A DNA stretch of 64,000 nucleotides from an uncultured Candidatus Saccharibacteria bacterium (GTDB lineage Bacteria; Patescibacteriota; Dojkabacteria; SC72). Where the stretch lies: positions 37,427 to 101,426 of the forward strand of contig CAZZPP010000003.1 in NCBI GenBank assembly GCA_964655705.1. The letters run 5' to 3'. Every line of letters starts with the position of its first letter. Position 1 is the first letter of the stretch. Shown here in pieces: positions 27,337 to 36,701 of this stretch. The notes under the pieces were generated by a model. The model searched no databases. It saw nothing but the letters and a program-made list of their open reading frames with translations, and was not told the origin of the DNA. Position numbers and translations under genes: made by a program.

Positions 27337-27910
27337 CTATATCCAATATATTAAATAAACAAATATACTATTTAATATAAATAACAATATTAAAATATAT
27401 ACCCTCTTCATAATTAAATCATACCTCTCTCTCTTCTTTTTAATATATAAATACAGTAATAAAGGAGTATGTAAAACCATATACATACCCAATCCATAAA
27501 GAGAATAACCAAAAAATGAAGGAGAATACTCAATAAAATCATAAAACCCCTCTAAAAAAGAAGAAGAAACACCAACCCCATACCCTAATTTAATAGAAAC
27601 ATACCCAAAAAAAGATATAACTAACAACTTCAAGGAACTCTCTAACTTACTAAAATCCTTTTTAAAAAGATAATACATAACATAACAAAAAGACTCTAAA
27701 CAAACTCCAGCCAATAACGGGATTATATATCGCTCTAACAAAGTAATTAGTAATATCATATTTACATCAACATAAATTTACAAACCCACATATTACTCAT
27801 TTAACTATTTAGATAGTACAATATATTTCATAATAATAATATCCTGTTCAAACATATTTAATACCATATTACTAAAATATATACATATATAATTTTTTAA
27901 ATATGTATAT
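27337..27910. other. Very AT-rich tract, a likely remnant of foreign DNA
   Basis: The tract is composition-skewed and low-complexity. It holds only a hydrophobic 140 aa ORF (27337-27759, minus strand) of doubtful reality. It lies between the recombinase remnant and the next gene. Confidence 0.4.
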
Positions 27911-28435
27911 ATGAAAAATATACTCATTGGGATATTAGTAGGAGTAATACTCCTAACCCTTTCCCCTGTATTTAAAAGTAGTGCAGAGGGATTAAGTAAA
28001 CCCTCAGGAACATCACTTAAAGCAACCCTGTACCTGTATGGGCAAAACAATGAATTTGGGAAAATGATATACAACAGAGCAGGTCAGTACTTTGAATATG
28101 TCCTCAATGCTCACAACCTCTTACCAAATACAAAATACAACCTCATATACTACCCTGAAAAACCCATAGGATTAATATGTATTGGAGAAGGAGTAAGTAA
28201 TGATGGAGGACAATTAAACATTAAAGAAGATCAAATACATATTACCTCCATACCCTTCAATTCAGACATTAATGCCCACACTCAAACTACTACATATGAA
28301 GATGGCACCACAGGTGGAAAGATATGGTTACTACCATCTAATCAAGTAAATTGTAATCAGATGATATTCACTACCCAAAATCTTACAAACACTCTGTATG
28401 AAGACACTCTCATATTCTTTTGGAAATGGTACTAA
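27911..28435 (+). CDS. Secreted hypothetical protein
   Basis: 174 aa with a signal peptide (ILIGILVGVILLTLSPVFKSSA) and a beta-rich body. Confidence 0.4.
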   Translation: MKNILIGILVGVILLTLSPVFKSSAEGLSKPSGTSLKATLYLYGQNNEFGKMIYNRAGQYFEYVLNAHNLLPNTKYNLIYYPEKPIGLICIGEGVSNDGGQLNIKEDQIHITSIPFNSDINAHTQTTTYEDGTTGGKIWLLPSNQVNCNQMIFTTQNLTNTLYEDTLIFFWKWY

Positions 28436-28483
28436 ACAATATGAATGTATTTACATCTCTAAATATATCTACTAATATCTACT

Positions 28484-28759
28484 ATGCAAGTAACATACTA
28501 TACAGGAGCAATAATACAATTAGTTCTAGATCTCCTCTTAATACTAGCAATACTAGTAACCCTCTATCTTGTAATATCTTTAATACTTAAGGTAAGGAAG
28601 GGTAAGAAGGTAGACAAGATGAAAAGTATTAAGAGAATAATAATGTATACATTGATAATTGAGGTATTACTACTCTCTGTGAATCTCTTCTTTAAATATG
28701 ACCCCTTTGATATAGTACAGGAAAGTCCTGGAAGAACCTACATATTTGAAAATGAATAA
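28484..28759 (+). CDS. Small membrane hypothetical protein
   Basis: 91 aa with two predicted TM helices. Confidence 0.3.
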   Translation: MQVTYYTGAIIQLVLDLLLILAILVTLYLVISLILKVRKGKKVDKMKSIKRIIMYTLIIEVLLLSVNLFFKYDPFDIVQESPGRTYIFENE

Positions 28760-28777
28760 CTATCTTAAAACTACCCC

Positions 28778-29653
28778 CTATTTCCCTACTAACCCTAAAA
28801 TATATTTGTATGCAGCAGAAATCTCACTAGATTTACCAGTTAAACCAGGCCTTCTGTTAACCTCCAGCACATAGTTTAACCCTGTATCCTTGTCTGTAAC
28901 AATATCTACACCCGCCCAATTTAATTTTAGAGCCTTAGCTGCTCTAATAGCTAAATCTAAAATATCATTTGAAACATCCTTTACCTTAATAAATTCCTCC
29001 TTTGCACCCAATGACACATTATTTCTAAATCTGTCCTCTACTCTAGTTCTCTTACATACAGAGGATGATTTACCATTAGCTATTACTACTCTAAAATCAA
29101 AATCATTAGGAATATACTCCTGAAAAAGATACCTATTGTACTTCTTGTTCTCTCTAATAGTCTGTTTAATATCCTCTTCTCTATCTATTAAAAAAACATT
29201 TGAACCTAGGGAACCAAACAATGTTTTGTATATACAAGGTAATTTACAAATCTTTTCAATATCTAAGACATTCCCACTATCAATCTTTAACCCATTATGA
29301 AAAAAAGTGTTTGGAACAGGAATACCCTTAGAAGCTAGTGAAAACATATCTGATAGTTTAGTACTCTGTTTAGAAGTCCTGTTATGTGGGATATTTTGAG
29401 ATTTAAGATACAGATGTAAAAGATATGCTAACTGTGTTGTCTTCCATCCAGACTGTATCCATACATGATCATACCTTTTTAAATCCTTTCCTTTAATCTC
29501 AACTTCAATTACTCCATCAATTATGGTAAAGATAATATCTTTGATAGATGCAAAATCTAGTGTGATATTCTTCAATCCTAACTTCTTTTGTATTAAACCC
29601 CTATCTTCAACAGAGATATTTATACCTACTGCCAAAACAGAACTCTTACTCAT
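28778..29653 (-). CDS. ATP-grasp ligase, RimK / alpha-L-glutamate ligase-like
   Basis: YLFQEYIP...DFRVVIANGK ... ALKLNWAGVDIV.DKDTGLNYVLEVNRRPGL is the ATP-grasp C-terminal signature. Confidence 0.6.
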   Translation of the reverse strand: MSKSSVLAVGINISVEDRGLIQKKLGLKNITLDFASIKDIIFTIIDGVIEVEIKGKDLKRYDHVWIQSGWKTTQLAYLLHLYLKSQNIPHNRTSKQSTKLSDMFSLASKGIPVPNTFFHNGLKIDSGNVLDIEKICKLPCIYKTLFGSLGSNVFLIDREEDIKQTIRENKKYNRYLFQEYIPNDFDFRVVIANGKSSSVCKRTRVEDRFRNNVSLGAKEEFIKVKDVSNDILDLAIRAAKALKLNWAGVDIVTDKDTGLNYVLEVNRRPGLTGKSSEISAAYKYILGLVGK

Positions 29654-30090
29654 TGTATTTCCTTAATATGCAAATATATTGTCATTATACCATTTCCTTC
29701 GAATTAAACACACAGAGGAGTCTCTCAGTTGCATTCTCTACCCATTTTAATCTACAATATGATATGTTTAATACCATACATACATTTGTATTAGGAAATA
29801 CCTTTTTAAACAGTATCTTTGGTATCTTTTTCTCCCCTGTTGAGAAACAGTTAGACAAATTAAAAGAGACTCTTTCAGAAAGTTCTTACCTAAATATTGA
29901 AGGAATGTTAGACAAAATTGCGGGAATATCTCTAATACTCCTCTCCATATATATTGTTTACTCTCTACTTACATTCCTCTCTTCATTCATCTTTAGAAAA
30001 AGACTTAGAGTAAAGATATTGATATCTACAGTTCTTGCAATACCTTTCCTTCTATTAGCATACGCCATATTTGCATATTTACATACTTAG
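29653..30090 (+). CDS. Hypothetical membrane protein
   Basis: 145 aa with a hydrophobic C-terminal half. Confidence 0.3.
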   Translation: MYFLNMQIYCHYTISFELNTQRSLSVAFSTHFNLQYDMFNTIHTFVLGNTFLNSIFGIFFSPVEKQLDKLKETLSESSYLNIEGMLDKIAGISLILLSIYIVYSLLTFLSSFIFRKRLRVKILISTVLAIPFLLLAYAIFAYLHT

Positions 30091-30245
30091 AAATATATAT
30101 GCCAGAAAGATCAAGAGTATACGAAGAGAAGAAAGAATTAAACTCCTTAATACTAGTAGTCGTAATAATGTGTGCAGCCCTACTCTTCTTTTACTTCCTT
30201 TTAAGTTTGTATTAATACATATTGAATAGGTAAAACTTCCCTTTT

Positions 30246-32150
30246 GTGATAGAATATCCACTTGTTATGGAATATATCCCCATTAAAAAGGAAAATATTA
30301 GGAATATCGCTATCATAGCCCATGTAGACCATGGGAAAACAACCCTAGTTGATGCTTTCATGAAACAAACCCATCTCTTTAGAGACAATCAGGAAGAGAT
30401 GACTCAAACAAGAATACTAGATAGTGGAGATTTAGAAAAAGAGAAAGGTATTACCATTAAAGCTAAGAATATATCTGTAAGATACAAAGGATACAAAATA
30501 AATATCATAGATACACCAGGACACTCTGATTTTGGAGGAGAGGTAGAAAGAACCCTTAATATGGCAGACTCTTGCTTACTTTTGGTAGACGCTCAAGAAG
30601 GAGTAATGCCACAAACAAAGTTTGTACTTAAAAAAGCCTTAGAGATGAATCTTAAGGCTCTAGTCTTAGTAAACAAAATAGACAAGAAATTAGCTAATGT
30701 AAAAAAGACAGTAGAGAAAGTACAAGACCTTTTCTTGACATTAGCAACCAATACTGACCAATTAGATTTCCCCATATACTATGCAATTGCAAGAGAAGGG
30801 AAAACATGGAAGGAATTACCCACTGGTAATCTAGACAACGCCCAAGGAGATCTCTCTGCACTACTTGATGAAATTATTGAATATAGTCCACCACCTAAAG
30901 GAGATGAGAATGAGCCATTCCAAATGCAGATTACCACATTAGAGTATGATGCCCATTTAGGTAGGTACTTAGTAGGAAAGATTAATAGAGGAAGTATTAA
31001 AAAGAATAACCCTGTAATACTTCTTGAAAAAGAAAAGAAAGTCCAAGGAAGAGTAAGGGAGGTATTTGTTAAGGAAGGATTAGAATGGGTCTCTGTAGAC
31101 AGTGCTAATGCTGGAGAGATAGTAGCAATAGCTGGGATAGAGTCAACAGCCATAGGGGCAACACTATGCGCTCTAGATAGCCCACAGGCTTTGGAGGATA
31201 TACATATTACTCCCCCAGCAGTACAGGTAAAGTTTGAAGCAAATACTTCACCCTTAGCAGGAAAAGAAGGTAAGTATGTTACTGCTAAACAACTAGAACA
31301 AAGATTAGAACAGGAAAAAGATTTAAATATTAGTTTAAAAATATCTAAAATATCTGGTTCCTCATACTCTGTTGCTGGAAGAGGAGAGTTACAATTAGCA
31401 ATACTAGTAGAACAGTTACGAAGAGAAGGATATGAATTCCAACTAGGTAAACCCGAGGTTGTATTAATTGAAAGAGAGGGTAAACCATTTGAGCCAGTTG
31501 AAGAATTAATTATTGATTGCCCTACACAATACCTTAGTACCATTACTGAAGAGGTTAGTAACAGAAAAGGAGAGATGATCAATATTGAATCAGAAGATCT
31601 ACAAACAAGATTTACATACAGAATACTTACTAGGAATTTAATCGGATTACATAGAGTATTGATGAATGCTACTAAGGGTACTGCCATTGTAAATAACTTT
31701 GTCTCAGATTACATCGAATATATACCTCAGGAACCACTCTTTAGAAAGGGTGTAATAATTTCTCAAGATAGTGGTACTACCTTAGGATTTTCTTTAACTA
31801 CAATACAAGACAGAGGCTCTCTCTTTGTAGGACCATCTGAAACAGTATATGAGGGTATGATTATTGGTATAAATAACCATGAACAGGATTTAGTAGTTAA
31901 TCCTTGTAAAGCTAGACACAAGACCAATGTAAGAATGCTTAGAAGTGAACTTACCTTAGTTAATCTAAAACCTACAATACCACTTACCATTGAGTATGCT
32001 CTCTCCTTCATAAATGATGATGAGTTAATTGAGATTACTCCTAAAAATATTAGACTTAGAAAAAAGTTACTTACTGAAACAGAAAGAACTTGGTCAAAAA
32101 GAAAGAACCTTACTGCATTTGCAAAACAACAATTAGGGATAGAGAATTAA
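30246..32150 (+). CDS. typA: Translational GTPase TypA/BipA
   Basis: IRNIAIIAHVDHGKTTLVD, NIIDTPGHSDFGGEVER and LVNKIDK are present. Length (634 aa) and domain order match BipA rather than LepA. Confidence 0.9.
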   Translation: MIEYPLVMEYIPIKKENIRNIAIIAHVDHGKTTLVDAFMKQTHLFRDNQEEMTQTRILDSGDLEKEKGITIKAKNISVRYKGYKINIIDTPGHSDFGGEVERTLNMADSCLLLVDAQEGVMPQTKFVLKKALEMNLKALVLVNKIDKKLANVKKTVEKVQDLFLTLATNTDQLDFPIYYAIAREGKTWKELPTGNLDNAQGDLSALLDEIIEYSPPPKGDENEPFQMQITTLEYDAHLGRYLVGKINRGSIKKNNPVILLEKEKKVQGRVREVFVKEGLEWVSVDSANAGEIVAIAGIESTAIGATLCALDSPQALEDIHITPPAVQVKFEANTSPLAGKEGKYVTAKQLEQRLEQEKDLNISLKISKISGSSYSVAGRGELQLAILVEQLRREGYEFQLGKPEVVLIEREGKPFEPVEELIIDCPTQYLSTITEEVSNRKGEMINIESEDLQTRFTYRILTRNLIGLHRVLMNATKGTAIVNNFVSDYIEYIPQEPLFRKGVIISQDSGTTLGFSLTTIQDRGSLFVGPSETVYEGMIIGINNHEQDLVVNPCKARHKTNVRMLRSELTLVNLKPTIPLTIEYALSFINDDELIEITPKNIRLRKKLLTETERTWSKRKNLTAFAKQQLGIEN

Positions 32151-32866
32151 CACAAACTATTTCTAATTAGATCTAGAACACCCTCTAAGTCCTTTATATA
32201 CAATATCCCCGCACCACTTAAATCAAGATTCTCACACCCAAATATCTCAATTCTTTGTTTTTTTTGGTACACCCTCTTTAATTTCTCTAGTATAGAGTAG
32301 TTTGATGTAAAAATATTTTTAAAATACTCATTACAATTGTAAGTCCCCTTTCTTAATAATGATTCTGCGTAACTCCTTCTAAACCCCTTACCAGGCTCAT
32401 TCCAAGGAAGAAAAATTGTAGGAAATGTCCCACCTCTAATCTTTCCTGTAATACCCTCTATGGATGTATTAACAGAAACATCAAAGAATCTAGTCTCACG
32501 TCCCTTAGAGACTTTGAAGTCAGCACCAAGGACATCCTCTTGCCCTAAAGTTGGGCAACAATTAACCTCACGTCTCCTACATGCATCTAGAAAGAGTACC
32601 TCAGCAAGAATACCCCTTGGTAAAAGATTAATATCAAAAGGATATTTGGGAACAAAACTTTCAATCTCACATCTGAGTGATTTGTATTCGTTGTAATACC
32701 ACATATCCTTTGTGGTTTCCATTCTAAAGTCTGTTAAAGCAAGAATCTCGCTTTTTAACTCTCTCCAATTCTCTTGCAAAGGACTCTGTTGAGGATTCTC
32801 ATACACATATTTTAATTCTGTACTACTTTCAATCAAGACTTTGTTTTTTTCAAAGTTATTTAACAT
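32147..32866 (-). CDS. Hypothetical protein
   Basis: 239 aa, cytoplasmic, with no confident motif. A weak D..(D/E)xK-like pattern (FDVSVN...E.K) is present. Confidence 0.35.
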   Translation of the reverse strand: MLNNFEKNKVLIESSTELKYVYENPQQSPLQENWRELKSEILALTDFRMETTKDMWYYNEYKSLRCEIESFVPKYPFDINLLPRGILAEVLFLDACRRREVNCCPTLGQEDVLGADFKVSKGRETRFFDVSVNTSIEGITGKIRGGTFPTIFLPWNEPGKGFRRSYAESLLRKGTYNCNEYFKNIFTSNYSILEKLKRVYQKKQRIEIFGCENLDLSGAGILYIKDLEGVLDLIRNSLC

Positions 32867-32933
32867 CCTATTAAATTATTTGAGATATATCAACTAAGAT
32901 GGGTATAATTAATATAATTTTTTAAACAAAAAT

Positions 32934-33317
32934 ATGGCTAAGATTAGAAAAATATACAGGTGTGAAATCTGTGGGAATATTGTAGAGGTACTCCATCAGG
33001 GAGCAGGCTCACTAGTATGCTGTGGCAAAGAGATGGTAGAAATGGAAGAGAAATCTAAAGACCAGGGCTTGGAAAAACATGTACCCCTAATTGAGATTAC
33101 TGATGATATTGCGAAGGTTAAGGTAGGGGATATACCTCACCCAATGGAAGATACTCATTACATTGAATTTGTTCAACTGATTGTAGATGACCTAATATAT
33201 ACAAAATACCTTAAGCCCGGAGATATAACTGTAGTAGAATTTAAATTACCAAAGGAGTATACAAATATATCAGCACTTGAGTACTGTAATATCCATGGAC
33301 TATGGAAGTCAAATTAA
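32934..33317 (+). CDS. dfx: Desulfoferrodoxin / superoxide reductase (2Fe-SOR)
   Basis: The N-terminal desulforedoxin site reads CEICGNIVEV...CCG. The C-terminal centre II has EKHVPLIE, two His, and CNIHGLW. Confidence 0.8.
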   Translation: MAKIRKIYRCEICGNIVEVLHQGAGSLVCCGKEMVEMEEKSKDQGLEKHVPLIEITDDIAKVKVGDIPHPMEDTHYIEFVQLIVDDLIYTKYLKPGDITVVEFKLPKEYTNISALEYCNIHGLWKSN

Positions 33318-34298
33318 CTAGGTTACAAATATCTTGAAAAAGAAATACCCAATTGCAGCAAGTAGTGCAACTATTACAACTATCAATACAATTACGACTA
33401 CTGTACCACCTTTTCCATCTTTCTTTTCATCCCCTAATGTATTTACAATCTCAGACTCATTAAATGCTGGCATAGCGGTTTGTTGATCAGGAGCAAACTC
33501 TGGCATAGGCTGAGATAGGTCTACAGGAGAAGATTCAGGTTGAGCAACTGGAGTACTCTCCAAAGGGATATCTACAGGTGTAGTCTCAACAGTAGGTAAT
33601 GGAGCAGGTATAACGGCTTCAGGCTCTGCAACTGATACCTCAGGGGCAGTAGGAACTTCAGACAAGGGTTGTGGCTGAGAGATATCAGATATCTGCTCCC
33701 CTTGTGGCATTAAGGATTCTAGATTAGACGAAGTATCCATTGTAGGTTGAACTGGAGAGGAAGATGTCTCAACGGTAGGAATCGCAGTATCAGTCGGTAA
33801 ACCTTCTGGTAGTGTAGACTCAGTCATTACGGGCGTACCTCCAAATGAAGGCGCCTGAGAATCAACCCCTTCCATAGGGACTGAAGGTGTTTGGACAACA
33901 GGTTGTGCAGAATCAACATTAGCAACATCAATCTGAGACATAGGTGAAGGGGTAAAACCTCCCTGTACAGGAGTACTCTCCATTACTGAAGGTGTATTAG
34001 GTACCTGTTCCATCATATCCGGAACAGACTGGAAGGAGTTATCCCCCTGTGGAGTTTGCACTGTATCAAAATTGGATTGAGTATTATCAATAACTGGAAT
34101 ATCCATAGAAGATGCTTGCTGTTGAGGAAACTCCTCTACCGGAGCATTACTCTGTCTAACTGCGGGCATACCCGACAGATCTTCAACTAAGTTTGGCGTA
34201 TCAGCCACTGGAGTTTGAGAAACAGAATTAAAATCATTAGGTATTGTATTAGTAATAGTATTTGCATTATCTCCAATTGTATTATTCATATTGTCCAC
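33318..34298 (-). CDS. Tail-anchored protein with a long Pro/Thr/Ser/Gln/Val-rich disordered region
   Basis: 326 aa of low complexity (repeated TPV/PVxT/SQP elements) ending in a single C-terminal TM (TVVVIVLIVVIVALLAAIGYFFFKIFVT). GC content here is visibly higher than in the flanking DNA. Confidence 0.5.
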   Translation of the reverse strand: MDNMNNTIGDNANTITNTIPNDFNSVSQTPVADTPNLVEDLSGMPAVRQSNAPVEEFPQQQASSMDIPVIDNTQSNFDTVQTPQGDNSFQSVPDMMEQVPNTPSVMESTPVQGGFTPSPMSQIDVANVDSAQPVVQTPSVPMEGVDSQAPSFGGTPVMTESTLPEGLPTDTAIPTVETSSSPVQPTMDTSSNLESLMPQGEQISDISQPQPLSEVPTAPEVSVAEPEAVIPAPLPTVETTPVDIPLESTPVAQPESSPVDLSQPMPEFAPDQQTAMPAFNESEIVNTLGDEKKDGKGGTVVVIVLIVVIVALLAAIGYFFFKIFVT

Positions 34299-34336
34299 AA
34301 TAAAAAAGAAATCAATTTATTTCCTTCTCTAATATA

Positions 34337-36034
34337 TCAGAAATTTCTAGCACTCTTCAACAAATTTAAAAGTAAATTACTATCAGCCTCTGGAGCAACT
34401 TTAGGAATTAACTTAGAGTCCATAATTGTAGGTGTAATCTTTACCTGTAGTAGTTTACTCTCTTTAACAAAAAGTGAAAGAATTAAACCCTGTCTTGTAC
34501 CTATCCATTCATCTTGATCAAAATACAAATTACCCAAACCGTAGAAAATGATACCCCCGTTATACACCTCATACGTCTGAGGCTGATGAGCCTGAGTACC
34601 AATTACAATATCTGCACCTAAATCAATAGCCTGTCTAAATACTTTCTTTTGGTCTGGAGATGAAAGTGGTTTGTAACAGATTGGATAGATGACATCTGAT
34701 GAAGGATATGAGTAACACTCCTGGAATTGGAATGTAACGATTGTTAATGCACCATTCTCTTTAGCCTCCTTAATATCACTAGCAAGTTTCTCAACAGAGT
34801 AAGAATTAGCTCCAGCAGTACTCTCACCAGCCAATGCACTAGGACCATACATAGTGTTGTACCAGTTGTAACCTACAAATGCTAATTTACTCCCCTTTAC
34901 TTCCTTGTACAGTATCTTACTAGCATCCTGCCTATTTAGTCCTCCTCCAAAGTAATCCCATCCCAATTCAATATATTTCTCAATCGTACTTTTGTTATTC
35001 TTTGAACCATAATCATTATTATGATTACCTGTTAACTCAACAATATCTACCCCACTTGCCTGCAGAGTTTCTACATATTGAGGTTTAGAACAAAAAACCA
35101 TACCAGTATATCCAGTACAACCATTTACAAAAGAAACCTCATTTGAAATATGGGTAAGATCTGCATCAGCAAGAAAATCCCCAATATCACGTGCAGGATA
35201 TGCATAATCCTTTACAGAATCAATCTTACTAGCTAAGCCTCTAGATATTGCAACAACACCACTCATATTAATCTTTGTAAGGGTATCTGTATCAATACTC
35301 TGGCTAACTCCATACTTAAAGCCCATATTATTACTAATAACGTGGGAAACAAACTCGCTATTCTTCTCTTCCTCCAAACCATACCCAATACTAATACAAC
35401 CCAATGAATCTGTTAAACAGTACTTACCATCTAAAGTTAAAACTTTAAAAGCACTATTTAGATCCTCAATTGGAACAAACCCAACATACTTCTCTTCCTC
35501 CTTTAATGTAGAAAGTAAATCCTCTGACTTAACTATTTCTACCCCCTGCCCTAGTACATCCTTAAGAAATATCTTTGCTAAATCATACTCATCAGAAGAG
35601 ACATATATCTTTTTGCTCTCATTAATCTCCTCTAAGGTAATATCCTCATTAATCCAGTATACATGTCCTACAGGTACATACTGTTTAAAATATATTAAAC
35701 TACTACTTTCACTACTACTTACCACCTTGTAACCACCCCTTTTAACAAATTCAAACCTCTTAATACCCTCTAACTCAATACCCTCGAGTGCAGAGATAAT
35801 GGCACTTTGAACATCTTGACCGATCTCTGAATCAAAAGATATTTTGAATGTGTCATATTTTACAGGTGGAGGTGTATAGAAAAAGAAGTCTGGGATATTT
35901 CTAAGAGGTAGTTTAGTTGATATGGGGATATAGATAAAAAAGGCTAAAAATGGTATAATAATGTATAGAAATAGAGGATGTTTTTTCCTATTTCTCCTTT
36001 GTCTTTTCCCTTGTTTAACTGTCATATTTAACAT
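34337..36034 (-). CDS. CapA/PGA_cap-family (metallophosphatase-like) protein
   Basis: An N-terminal basic segment and TM are followed by CapA signature blocks ...DIVELTGNHNNDYG... and IVIGTQAHQPQTYEVYNGGIIFYGLGNLYFDQ. Confidence 0.6.
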   Translation of the reverse strand: MLNMTVKQGKRQRRNRKKHPLFLYIIIPFLAFFIYIPISTKLPLRNIPDFFFYTPPPVKYDTFKISFDSEIGQDVQSAIISALEGIELEGIKRFEFVKRGGYKVVSSSESSSLIYFKQYVPVGHVYWINEDITLEEINESKKIYVSSDEYDLAKIFLKDVLGQGVEIVKSEDLLSTLKEEEKYVGFVPIEDLNSAFKVLTLDGKYCLTDSLGCISIGYGLEEEKNSEFVSHVISNNMGFKYGVSQSIDTDTLTKINMSGVVAISRGLASKIDSVKDYAYPARDIGDFLADADLTHISNEVSFVNGCTGYTGMVFCSKPQYVETLQASGVDIVELTGNHNNDYGSKNNKSTIEKYIELGWDYFGGGLNRQDASKILYKEVKGSKLAFVGYNWYNTMYGPSALAGESTAGANSYSVEKLASDIKEAKENGALTIVTFQFQECYSYPSSDVIYPICYKPLSSPDQKKVFRQAIDLGADIVIGTQAHQPQTYEVYNGGIIFYGLGNLYFDQDEWIGTRQGLILSLFVKESKLLQVKITPTIMDSKLIPKVAPEADSNLLLNLLKSARNF

Positions 36035-36107
36035 ATTTAAGAATATATCGTATTAAAAGAAATATTTCATTATTTTAAACTATAGGGCAGACAAGAAAGA
36101 TATAACT

Positions 36108-36701
36108 ATGAAAACATATAACAGAAAAAATGTATTTCTCGTAATGGTAGGAGTCCTTACCATAGGGGTAATACTAAACATCTTTAACAAGGTATCTACT
36201 CATACAGTTGTAGGTATTGATCAAGAAACTTTCCAGAAAGAATATTCTAAGGATTTAGAATATATGGAGTCAACACCTACTCAGCAAACTATTCTAGATA
36301 CAGGTGCATCAATATCACCAGAGAGTATTAAAAACTCTCAAAGGGTAGAGAATATTAGGAAGTTCTTTGAAAAAAGAAACTCACCTTTAGCACAATATGC
36401 TCAGGAGTTTGTACTTGCTGCAGACTACTACAATATTGACTATAGATTAGTTGCTGCTATCTCAGTAGTAGAATCGAGTGGTGGATTAATAAACTTTAGA
36501 CCTTACAATGCATGGGGTTGGGGTAGTTACGGATTTGATAACTGGAAGGATGGTATTTGGAGTGTTACAAAGGGTTTAGCTCAAGGATATATTGCTAAGG
36601 GTTTAGATACCCCATATGAGATTGGTCGAATATACTGTCCTCCATCATCTTCAAGTTGGGCTAACAAGGTGTCATACCTAATGAAACAGATTGAACAGTA
36701 A
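36108..36701 (+). CDS. Secreted glucosaminidase-domain (FlgJ/LytD-like) peptidoglycan hydrolase
   Basis: A signal/TM is followed by LVAAISVVESSGGLINFRPYNAWGW, resembling the mannosyl-glycoprotein endo-beta-N-acetylglucosaminidase motif. Confidence 0.4.
   Translation: MKTYNRKNVFLVMVGVLTIGVILNIFNKVSTHTVVGIDQETFQKEYSKDLEYMESTPTQQTILDTGASISPESIKNSQRVENIRKFFEKRNSPLAQYAQEFVLAADYYNIDYRLVAAISVVESSGGLINFRPYNAWGWGSYGFDNWKDGIWSVTKGLAQGYIAKGLDTPYEIGRIYCPPSSSSWANKVSYLMKQIEQ

Noticed and set aside
27337-27759. A 140 aa hydrophobic minus-strand ORF in the AT-rich tract.
   Set aside because: It sits in extremely AT-rich, low-complexity DNA where Ile/Leu/Tyr/Lys-rich open frames arise by chance. It is in frame with the recombinase remnant only through a TAG and has no domain similarity. 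It is listed as part of the AT-rich region rather than as a gene.
27340-27910. Candidate replication origin (AT-rich region, with parAB 20 kb away).
   Set aside because: There are no recognisable DnaA boxes (TTATCCACA-like), no dnaA/dnaN nearby and no coherent strand-bias switch. Foreign-DNA remnant is the better explanation.
28690-28720. GGAAAGTCCTGG, resembling the RNase P RNA P4 motif.
   Set aside because: It lies inside a coding ORF. No surrounding RNase P conserved regions (for example the P4 3' strand or a CR-II/III equivalent) could be found, so I judge it coincidental.
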